A DNA stretch of 47,647 bases from NCBI RefSeq assembly GCF_001194135.2, contig NC_068992.1, forward strand, positions 45,473,727 to 45,521,373, read 5' to 3'. This stretch comes from Octopus bimaculoides. Taxonomy: Eukaryota. The notes below the pieces were generated by a model. That model worked only from the letters and a program-made list of their open reading frames with translations, did no database searches and was not told where the DNA came from. A program made the position numbers and the translations under genes. Below are positions 37,939 through 47,647 of this stretch, one piece after another (within the stretch, counting starts at the first letter, position 1; every line of letters starts with the position of its first letter).

Positions 37939-38498
37939 ACTACGTATCTGCATGTATATATATAAATGTGTGAGCATCTGCGGGTATGAATGTTGATTGC
38001 TATATGTACGCATGTAAGCATCAGTGTACCAGAACAGTGTCAAGAGAATGCATTAATTTCCTGGAAAGCTATATAACACCTGGGATATATCGACGATATC
38101 CTGTACAACCCGAATATCTGCAATAATCCTATACTTATATTCTTCCTCTCCAGCCTCTGTATCGACAATTGATTGTCAGACAATGACGTCACTCTCTGTA
38201 GAAATACGTTACAACTGGAAATGCTTACGTATCATATCTTATTGAAATTTAACTTTATAGTACGCATTTTCAATTAATCATTCTCTAAATATAAGACGGC
38301 CGATTGAATAATTGAGTAGAATCGTTTTGCATCGGTTACGAGTTCTGTTACAATGTAATTCTGATGAAAATATGTTTAGTCTTCAATACTGAATCAGTTT
38401 ATCTTGAAGCTGGAATGATCTTGGTTCTTGATATGATAAATTAGCTATCTGATCATTTGAGAACAAAATTACTCTGTAAAAAAAGAATGTATGTGTGT

Positions 38499-38499
<1 letters not shown>

Positions 38500-38568
<69 letters not shown>

Positions 38569-38690
38569 TGTGACTGCGTGTCTGTGTTTGGTCTCTACCA
38601 CTGTTGGACAACCGGTGTTGGTCTTTGATGAGACTAATAGAGTAGGCCTCAGGCTTTCAAAAGTATTGGAGTCGATTCGCCACAAGCGCG
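38500..38690 (+). mobile_element. (TG)n plus an internally deleted SINE family B fragment
   Basis: tgtctgtgtttggtc...ttggacaaccggtgttgg follows the (TG)n, as in other family B copies; a head fragment lies at ~38855-38915. Confidence 0.5.
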
Positions 38691-39052
38691 CTGACATAGA
38701 CACACATGTGTATACAAAGAGAGAGAGAGAGAGAGACAGTGTGTGTGTGTGTGTATGGGTGTATGTGTGTGTGTGTATGTGTGTGTGTGTGTTTGTGTGA
38801 TAGGTAGAAAGATAAGTAGATAGATAGATAGACAGAGGGATAGATAGATAGATAAGTTTGCTTCCCAACAACATGCTTCTAGGTTCTATTCTACTGCGTG
38901 GTACCATGGGCAAGTGACCACCACATCTTAAAGCAGAAACATCTGTAAGCTAAGGAAGTTCATGGGATAATCGTTTATTCCTTTGTCATCTCTTTTTTTC
39001 TTACACATACGTTCATACATACATTCATGCATGCATATATATATATATATAT

Positions 39053-39287
39053 AGTGTAGTATATTGCCACTTAAGTGTGGCTGACCCCTAGGGGTGGATG
39101 TTACTGTTGCTTTTAGCCCCAGGAGGACATCTCCTCCAGCTGGCTTATCGACACACGTGTGTCGATAAGCCAGCTGGAGGAGATGTCCTCCTGGGGCTAA
39201 AAGCAACAGTAACATCCACCCCTAGGGGTCAGCCACACTTAAGTGGNNNNNNNNNNCAGCCACACTTAAGTGGCAATATACTACACT
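39053..39287. repeat. Perfect spacer-less inverted repeat (palindrome) with ~104-bp arms, interrupted by a 10-N gap
   Basis: 39067-39156 is the exact reverse complement of 39157-39246. After the gap, a 17-bp overlap is followed by 39274-39287, which complements 39053-39066. Confidence 0.95.
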
Positions 39288-39333
39288 TTATCGTGCAGTT
39301 ACTGTTAATACTTCATTTAGAGAATTAACATTG

Positions 39334-39372
<39 letters not shown>

Positions 39373-40549
39373 CTCTTAACATGTATGTTTGTATATAATA
39401 TACATTTATGTAAACAAACGTCATTTGAAGCATTCAGACGAACATATCAAGGACAAATTGTAATCGGCGATGTATGAGAATTCCTCGTTTAATTTCATTT
39501 GTGAAATATGTGTTAAATTAGAATCAATAACATTTGAAGTTTCCTCACCAATAAAAGATTAGGAAGAAGACGGTACGACGTGTGTGTGGAGTCAAGTGCT
39601 AAGCTAGTTATAACACCGAATACCATTTTGTTAAATCAAATTGCCAGAGTTGCATGCATAACATAAATTCAAAAGAGTCTGAAGAGATTATTAATATAGT
39701 TGTGTTGTGATCTTTGGAAGGAAGAATAGTCCTATGACCTGTAAGATTTCCCCCTAGTTGATCACAAAGTTCTATCGGTGATAATGAAGGCGTCAGAGGT
39801 AGTGAAATTACGATAAACTAGTCTGTCATTTGAATGTAAACATAACGTATGGAATACATGTTATCTTGTTATCGACTGTCCGCAACGAAAGACTAATCCA
39901 AAAGATAAAAGGTTGGAACGTGACTGGAATTGTTGAATGAATTCGGAGGTGTTGGGGGAAATGAGAAGAAACTATGCTATGAAATATTTTGTTCTGTTCT
40001 ACTATAGTTTTATCAAAAATTTTTTCGCAGAGATTCGTCTAGCGAATTCTAATATGAATCAGAGAAGTTCAAAGTGAATACATGATGACAACTTTATAAA
40101 GCAAGAATATAGGAAATCTATATCATTTTGGCTAGCGACAATACTTTCTGTATAACAGACTTTGTAGGTATTTGTAGAACAGTGACAGTGCGACAGTGAG
40201 GCACTGGATATAATGAAATTTTGATAAAACCAATGATACTCAAAAATATGGTATGCTTTAGGAAAAAAATATGGAAGTAGCTATCTGGAAATAGTATTGA
40301 AATAGCAACTCACGTGACAGCAGTTCATATGTGTCTAAAGGTTGAAGTTTTATCACAAGTATGACAATTGTCTCAAATATCTTGTTTTGTCCATTAAAAA
40401 AAAAATTAATCAGAAGGGAAGTAAACGGCTAGGGCTATTTTCCTAGCTCCTGAAACTAGTGAGAGGACAAGAGGAAGCTTTACTCAACTGGATAACTGGG
40501 ACGAAAGCTTCCAACAAGATCTATGTTTTCGCTAAAAAAGAAAAGGATT

Positions 40550-40685
40550 AAGTCTACCAATCAATTCTACTGTCTTGATAAAAAGGAGACATGATTAAAG
40601 GTAATTCTAGATATACAAAATTACGAAACTATCACAATTGAAACGCTTTCGATCATAGCTTTGCTCAACCAAACTTGACCTAGTT
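40550..40685 (+). mobile_element. Interspersed repeat 3'-tail fragment (family C)
   Basis: ctactgtcttgataaaaagg...ttctagatatac...ctttcgatcatagctttgctcaaccaaacttgacct; related to 44615-44820. Confidence 0.4.
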
Positions 40686-40699
40686 AATAGAGAGAAAGG

Positions 40700-41700
40700 A
40701 TGGCTGGATGCAGCAATGGTGCCGAGGAGCGGGGAGAAACGAATAGAAGGAAAGTGCTTCTGAGTTGGAAGTAGGAGTCTAGCTAGGTTCGAGAAGCAAA
40801 GGACATTATATTAGCGGTAGACCCAAAGAGAAGTGGCATTGCAACTGTGGATTAGAGGCTGATATGTGTTCGTTAGTGATGGAATACCAATCTGCTAAAT
40901 GGTCTTTCTTCGTATACGATCAAGTTTGTTAATGTGCGTAGTCGAGGCAGCGTCCCCGATATGGGCCTTGTAAATTGTCAACAGCTGTTGGGGCCGAAAA
41001 GTTTTCTATCACTGAAGACAAGGGCTAGTTTTGAGATGCAGCCTTAGAAATGCTAAGAATATATGTGTTTTCCAGGAGAGGTATTCGATGGTAGTGATGC
41101 CCATTACTTCAAAGGCTCTACTTAAGTGCCGCTGATGTTTAGGAAGAATATGATGCAGTAGTTTTCTCAAGATATTAGTACTATGTAAGCTTTTCTTTTT
41201 CTATTAAAAGAGACAATATTTACTTGGTTCCACTGGAAGATGCAACCAAGGTATGATGCATAGTCACGGAACATTAAGGAGTAAATGGGCGTGGGAGTTG
41301 TTAAATATGACGCCAATTTGTTCATTAGTGCATACAAGAAAGACAGTGGGGGAACAGAATTGAATTCCAGAGAACATTGCAATGATGTGATTTCTTAAGA
41401 AGTTGTTGATCCTAAAAAGAAAATTAGATGCTGCTTGTAGGCGGGAAGTTTTGTAGATCTGCATGACAGATACGGTCGAAACCTTTGATGATGTCGAGAG
41501 CAATAACATTGCTTCCACCGAATGAGAAGCCAGCGATGAGTTGTATATAACAGCAGGTCCCCAGTGGTTCTGGCTTTGCAGAAGCTGTACTGGTGGTCAC
41601 TGATGGAAAAAGGAAATTCAAAGAGATGGAGAACGTATTTGTTAATGACTGTCTTCATTACGCTGGAGATGTTAGAGTTAAGTGTAAAGAGGTTCTGGTT
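40700..41700 (-). mobile_element. CR1-clade LINE, RT and 3' region (decayed)
   Basis: SISDHQYSFCKARTTGDLLLYTTHRW, GGSNVIALDIIKGFDRICHADL, LSWKTHILSISKAASQ, QQLLTIYKAHI and KLDRIRRKTI match CR1-type RT motifs (HQYGFR..RSTGDLL; ALDISKAFDRV; LLTIYKAQIRP). Confidence 0.85.
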
Positions 41701-42273
41701 TCCTGGGACCGAAATTTTACAGGAAGAAATATTCTTGTTATAACGATGATATATACATTCCTATCATTAATATTATCATAGCCTTCTACTGAATTTAGGA
41801 ATTAATATTTCAAATGTATACAATTTTACACATTGGGAGGTGATATTTCAGCTTTCTCGAATTTTTTGGTTGTTTGTGGCCGATTATTGCGTTCACATGA
41901 ACATACGTTATTATACTGTTTCTTCCTTTTATTCCATACTAATGCGACATGTCTATATATATANNNNNNNNNNTTATTATTATTATCATTTATGCCTATA
42001 TCCGCTAGAGGCATCAGTCTGTGTTTAGAGAAAAAGTATATGTTATAGACTATGAATGCAATTTGGTTATCTTCACCGTTTTTATCATTTCTTATATATT
42101 ACATACTATATAGTTCTTTCTCTCACTCTCTTTCTATATGTATATATACGTATGTGTGTGTGTATTTGTGTGTGTATGTGCGTGCGTGTGTAGTTGAGCC
42201 TGTGTCTATATACATATGCTCGTCTGTGCACCTACATATACATGCATAAATTTACTGAGCTATATAAATATAA

Positions 42274-42307
<34 letters not shown>

Positions 42308-43437
42308 GCCTATCACTGCTTGTCCTCCTGTTTATTTACCTACCCACCTTTCTATTAGTTTTCATTTTCTCTGACGCCCCTCCTACCATTTCTATCCGTC
42401 CATCAATCCTCCGTTTCATTTGTTTATCATATCATATTATCTCTTTATCTATCCATTCATTTCTTTCTTCCTACGAAAACAAATACACTCACAGACACTG
42501 TCACGCGTAGCCCGACATATAAGCATAAATACACGTATGCACATACATATAGGCGTACATACATCCACACTCAAACACACACAAGCCAAAAGCATCCACT
42601 TATTTATCTATTTGTCTTTGCATCTCTAACCTTCTCTGTATCAAAATGCTGATTCGTCCATATATCAATACACAACACTTTCAGATTTGATAGTTTCCTC
42701 ATTAACCTTACTGAATCTGGTTCAACTCTCCGTTACCATAACTGATGACTCCAGATAACCATTATTTTTTCATTCAGCCATCCAACTTAATTCTCAACAA
42801 GGACAACAGGCGGTGCTAGATTTGTTTGCCACAAAACTTCTCTTGATATATAGTTTCTAATATGAAGGACTGCTTTGCAATGGGGAGGTGTTGTTGTTCT
42901 TGTTAATTTCTATATTATTCATGAAAAAATAGTTTAGAATATAGCGTAATAAATTAATTTCGTAAAAATCTAGCTGTAGGTGAAATGCTGAAATATTCTG
43001 ACAGAATGGCGGTCATCTATCACTGTAAGATTCAAATTAAGGAATATTTATCTTGTTACTTTGAAACTGTTGCCGTTCTATTCTCCATTTAACTCCATCA
43101 GAAATGCTCGCTGAAGTAGAGACTGATTTCTGTGTTTTGTTATTGTTCCAAAAGCTGTTTGCATTCATAGTTGTATAGTGATGGTTGTCGTTGTGGTTAT
43201 TGTTATTGTTGCTGAGGATGGTACTCCTGATAGAGATGGTGGTGGTGGTGGTGGTAGTGCGTTAGTCGTGCTGAGTTTGTGTCTACAATATCGGTTCTAA
43301 ATTAATGGTTAGTAATCTAGTTCTTATGGTTACTATATTGTTGTTGAAAGAGATGTTTAAGAGGTGATAGCATTGTTGGTAGCATTGTGTTGGCAATAAT
43401 AATAATAGTCATAAGAATAATGTTAATGATAGCAACA

Positions 43438-43900
43438 ATTGCTGCATACGCCCAAGACAACTAACCTACCGACGCATTCTAGGAAAACTGTTCTCACCTT
43501 TACGTCGAACCCTTGATCCAAGCCGATTCAGAAAGAGTGCATTATGCATGTCTTAGTCTCACTAATAGTTACTGCATCCAGACGGAGTGACCTGAAATCG
43601 TTGAGCAGATGGTCCCGCTTATACGCTGCCTCCTTGGTTAGTCCGTAATCAGAGAGGGGGCTTTTACGGGCGTTCTATGATCTTATGGTAAACGCTTCCT
43701 TCCTGGAAAAATTCTTACCAGAATCCTTCTTACAGAATTCTGGAAGTGGTGAGAGCATCAACAGCCACCACTGTTGTATTTCCTGGAATCTAAAAACTTC
43801 ATGAACTGCATGTTCTCTGCCCGGAGAATTGAGAAGGTGAAAGGCTCGTTCGTGCGTTGATGTTGTGTATATCCCTTCACTTCCGGCTGGTGCAGTTATT
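43438..43900 (-). mobile_element. Tx1/L1-like LINE fragment: APE endonuclease N-terminus, probably preceded by the ORF1 end
   Basis: GLTKEAAYKRDHLLNDFRSLRLDAVTISETK and GLDQGFDVKVRTVFLECVGRLVVLGV resemble Tx1-type EN motifs. The ORF1 assignment of the 43675-44112 ORF tail is weak. Confidence 0.65.
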
Positions 43901-44364
43901 GTATTGATTGCTTTTGTTTTGTCTATACAGCTGTTTTGTTGTCTCCCGCTGTTGCTGAAGATGTCTTTTCCGTTACTGCTCTTAGTTTTGCTGTTGTTGA
44001 TTTGTACCTTGTTGTAATTGTAATTGTCATTTTCGTTAAGACATTGAACGTATCCACTCGTTTCTGACTTACTTAGCTTGGTGCACTCAAACCTTTGAGT
44101 TTGGGGTGTCAAGTCAGTATATTCACCAGCCTGTTCATGATTTTACTTGTTTGAGAATGCTCGAAATTCACTGCCTCGTGTGTTATTGTGTCATCTGAGG
44201 CCACTTCTAAATGAAAGGACCCGGCTCTATCTGCATTTGATTAGTTCTATATTGTCTGTTGTTGTTATAGTGGTGATGGTGGGGGTTGTGATGGTGGCGG
44301 TGGTAGTGGTGGGGAAATATTTTGTGGATGCTGTAGTTGTTGTAATGGCTGCCGCTGTCGCTCC

Positions 44365-44520
44365 ATTACCTAGCAGTTCGCCAAGAGAGAGACCGATAGA
44401 ATAAGTACCTGACTTAACAAAAAATAAGTATTGGGATCGATTAATTCGATAAGAAATTCTTTAAGGCGACGCCTCAGCATGGAGGCAGTGTAATGATTGA
44501 AACCAGTTAAAGATAAAAGA
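44365..44520 (+). mobile_element. SINE family B, 3' half
   Basis: acctagcagttcgccaagagagagaccgatagaataagtac...aaggcgacgcctcagcatgg...tgattgaaaccagttaaagataaaaga. Confidence 0.7.
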
Positions 44521-44614
44521 TGTATTAGATGTATACTTTCTTACTTACACTACCGTGCAAAATTGATTAATAAATGATTTGGTTGCTATTTCTTGTGGTT
44601 GTGGTAGTTGTTTG

Positions 44615-44820
44615 GTCTTAAGTCAATTCGTATTGAGCAAATCTCTGATCACAAACATTCTGATCGGGACTATCCGGCCTTATTCCTATGTGCATAGAAT
44701 CCAGTACAACATTAGCTAACTTTTCTTTTATCCTGAAGACACTAGAGTGGGATTTTAGGAAATTTACTTGTTATTTCTAGCTGGTCAAATGATTCTTTAG
44801 AAGCTCTCTCGTTGTCAATA
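44615..44820 (-). mobile_element. Interspersed repeat 3'-tail fragment (family C)
   Basis: tattgagcaaatctctgatcacaaacattctgatcgggactatcc...gtgggattttagg...ttatttctagctggtc; reverse orientation relative to the 40550 copy. Confidence 0.45.
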
Positions 44821-45691
44821 GCTGTATATGTTTATGATGGCAGAGTTTTTGGCTGGTCGCATTATTGCAATGACGATAGTGATGATAAAGAGGAGGGGGA
44901 TTGTGTTGTTAAATGCGATAGTAAATAGAGACAAGTAAAAGCGGTAGTAACTAGAACCGAACAAGGAGAGATAGATAGATAGAGAGAGAGAAATGAAGAG
45001 AGAGATGTAGTTAGAGTAGATGGAGAGGGTCTCAATTCGTCAAACCTCTCTCGTGACACGCTTCACTGGTTATCACCAAAGTTTTCGTTACTATTCAACA
45101 TAGCATCATGGTAAGTTAATCTTGACTAGCCATCAAGCTATACAACCTCTTGACAGATCATCATACCATATGGATGATTACTGACAGGTTGTTTATCTAT
45201 ATCTTCGGCCTGTTCGCCAATTTAAAGACATTTTCTTATTTGCACTTGAACTTTCTTCACTGTCAACCGAAACAGTGGAAAGTAATTTGATGAAACAATA
45301 GTATTTTGAAGAGAAAAGCTTCATCTTTCGCTTGGCACTTGCAACTGGCAACATCCCAGAGATAGCTACATATATCTCTGTATCTATCCCGCTGACGTAT
45401 TATATCATTAGTTCCGAATGACCAAATACTTATCCCTGTCGCAAATCTATGATTGAAAAATTACAAAACAAGTCACTTTCTCCATTCGACGCCAAGTCTC
45501 CCACATTTCAATATGAAGGTATCAGGCATATATACTGTAAGCTTAAGGAACCACTCACACACACGCACGCACACAGAAACATACAATCACATTCATACAT
45601 AAACATGCAAACGTTCTCAAATTCTTAAATACGTACAGCCACTCCACTCATGCACATGTCTGACACATATTCATACGCACATAAGAATATA

Positions 45692-46133
45692 NNNNNNNNN
45701 NNNNNNNNNNNNNNNNNNNNNNNNNNNNNNNNNNNNNNNNNNNNNNNNNNNNNNNNNNNNNNNNNNNNNNNNNNNNNNNNNNNNNNNNNNNNNNNNNNNN
45801 NNNNNNNNNNNNNNNNNNNNNNNNNNNNNNNNNNNNNNNNNNNNNNNNNNNNNNNNNNNNNNNNNNNNNNNNNNNNNNNNNNNNNNNNNNNNNNNNNNNN
45901 NNNNNNNNNNNNNNNNNNNNNNNNNNNNNNNNNNNNNNNNNNNNNNNNNNNNNNNNNNNNNNNNNNNNNNNNNNNNNNNNNNNNNNNNNNNNNNNNNNNN
46001 NNNNNNNNNNNNNNNNNNNNNNNNNNNNNNNNNNNNNNNNNNNNNNNNNNNNNNNNNNNNNNNNNNNNNNNNNNNNNNNNNNNNNNNNNNNNNNNNNNNN
46101 NNNNNNNNNNNNNNNNNNNNNNNNNNNNNNNNN
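45692..46133. other. Assembly gap (442 N)
   Basis: N run. Smaller 10-N gaps are at 11525, 20776, 39247 and 41964. Confidence 1.
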
Positions 46134-46429
46134 ATATATATGTATATACATATATATAGTATTGATAAAAAAGTGTAGGTGGCAGACGAGTGGGTATATA
46201 TTTATAACAAAGAAGTTTGTAAACGCCACTATATAAAATAAATTTTAATTTATAATTTTCTCAGATATATTTCGGTTCTTGGAAAAACGATGTAAGTATG
46301 TACATGTGCGTATGTATATATATATATATAATACAAATAGCATGTGAGTATATTCATATATATGTACATGTATGTGCATACCTACATCTACATGTATATA
46401 TAGATGCATATCTGAGTACATGACGTTAC

Positions 46430-46610
46430 AAGAAAACGTGGGCAAAATGAGAAACAGAACATAAACAGAGCACAGAAAACAGACAGGCCACATGGAGAAC
46501 CGTTCCTTCATCAGCTGCCACCATTCTAAAATTCAGCGTTTCGAAGAGTTAGGGCAGGACGCATTGTTACGATGGCTCTTCCCGCGGTAACAAATTAAAT
46601 TTGTAGTGCG
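46430..46610. mobile_element. Interspersed repeat, possibly a PLE terminal fragment
   Basis: Carries cttcatcag and cgtttcg motifs typical of PLE termini. Family identity is from recall only. Confidence 0.3.
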
Positions 46611-46839
46611 GAGGAATATCGTCGTGAACATAAAACATGAAAGGAAAGCGAAACAGTGAAAATATACAAGAAGGGTTAGTAAGGCCAAGACGTGAAAGAA
46701 TATATATGTATACTGAACGCTGTGATGAGACGAACTGGAAGGGGGACAGAAGTTCGTGCTGGCTTGGCAACAGCCAAGTTAAGAATGGAGTCTGAAGCCG
46801 AACATTTATGAATGCAAATCTGTCTTTCTGTCTATTAAT

Positions 46840-46924
46840 CTGTCTGTCTGTCTGTCTGCCTGTCTCTGTCTCCCTCTCTGTCTCTCTGTCTCTGTGTCTC
46901 TCTCTGTGTCTCTCTCACTTTCTG

Positions 46925-46970
<46 letters not shown>

Positions 46971-46992
46971 CATCTGTCTGTCTGTCTGTCTG
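46840..46992. repeat. (TCTG)n/(CT)n/(TCTA)n compound microsatellite
   Basis: Directly visible. Confidence 0.9.
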
Positions 46993-47647
46993 TAATATAA
47001 ATGATTTAAATGCACACGTACAAACACATTCGTATAAAGGTATGCGATAGCATCATGTCCCATCCCACTCTTCCTCTCTCTCTCTGTCTTCCACTCATCT
47101 TCCCTCCTTCTCTCTTCCACTCTTTATCCCTCCCCCTCTCTCTCTCTCTAAAAATACGCATTCGCACTCACACACATCTATGTAAGTATATGCATAACTA
47201 TGAAGACAATACGAGTGTGTTTACCCGACGTCGTACATTTAACGATTGAAATATGTTTATATAATTTGGAATATGTATCATTCTTATCTGATTTTTCTTT
47301 TCTCTTTGTTTCTTTTTGTAAATATCTAAAGCATTGCATTTCATATGAAAGGAAATAGAGTTTATGCATTTCCTTCCGTCATCTCAAACCCACCACACGC
47401 AACAAAATGTCGTTTACAGAAGGTAAAAACATGTAGAATGTTATAGTTTATTGAACAAATGCGACCAAAATAATATTTGTTGATTGTCTTCAAGGAATTC
47501 TTTTCTGAAGGCTTTGAGAATTTATCACATGTAGAATTCAGACCATTATCTCATATCCTGTTTTTCTCATCATGCGTTTAAGCATATCTTACAAAATGGA
47601 TTGTTGGTTATGAGTGTGTGGTTTGTATGCAGAAATGTATATATCCA

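Noticed and set aside
38928-39328. Two opposite-strand ORFs with the identical start MLLLLLAPGGHLLQLAYRH
   Set aside because: A by-product of the palindrome, not a duplicated gene.
42725-42765. Minus-strand WLSGVISYGNG resembling a trypsin-family motif
   Set aside because: An in-frame stop lies immediately upstream and there is no GDSGGP motif.
45100-45400. Possible PLE endonuclease tail (EEKSFIFRLAL)
   Set aside because: Too degenerate to support by eye.
46500-46555. CTGATGA and GAAAC motifs on the minus strand as a hammerhead
   Set aside because: The order is reversed relative to type I and I could not build convincing stems for a type II or III fold.

Overview
AT-rich, repeat-dense animal DNA with no intact long coding region and six assembly gaps. 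The SINE and LINE families resemble those I recall from Octopus genomes, so cephalopod intronic or intergenic sequence is the best reading; this taxon call is an inference from memory, not a search. Most ORFs in the supplied track are translations of microsatellites or N-gaps. Recognisable content is decayed mobile DNA: a HERO-like RLE retrotransposon 3' part, two R4/Dong fragments, two RTE fragments, a CR1-clade RT fragment, a Tx1/L1-like endonuclease fragment, several Penelope-like (PLE) pieces, a Tc1/mariner 5' end, a possible Helitron-type element and many tRNA-derived SINE copies. The most unusual items are (1) a tRNA-headed SINE whose tail carries a degenerate Penelope-type minimal hammerhead ribozyme, (2) a spacer-less perfect palindrome with ~104-bp arms next to a gap, (3) plus-strand microexon and exon candidates with strong splice signals, and (4) a speculative small-GTPase-like relic. 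TE boundaries are approximate, and all protein-family calls are by-eye motif matches that need HMM or BLAST confirmation.
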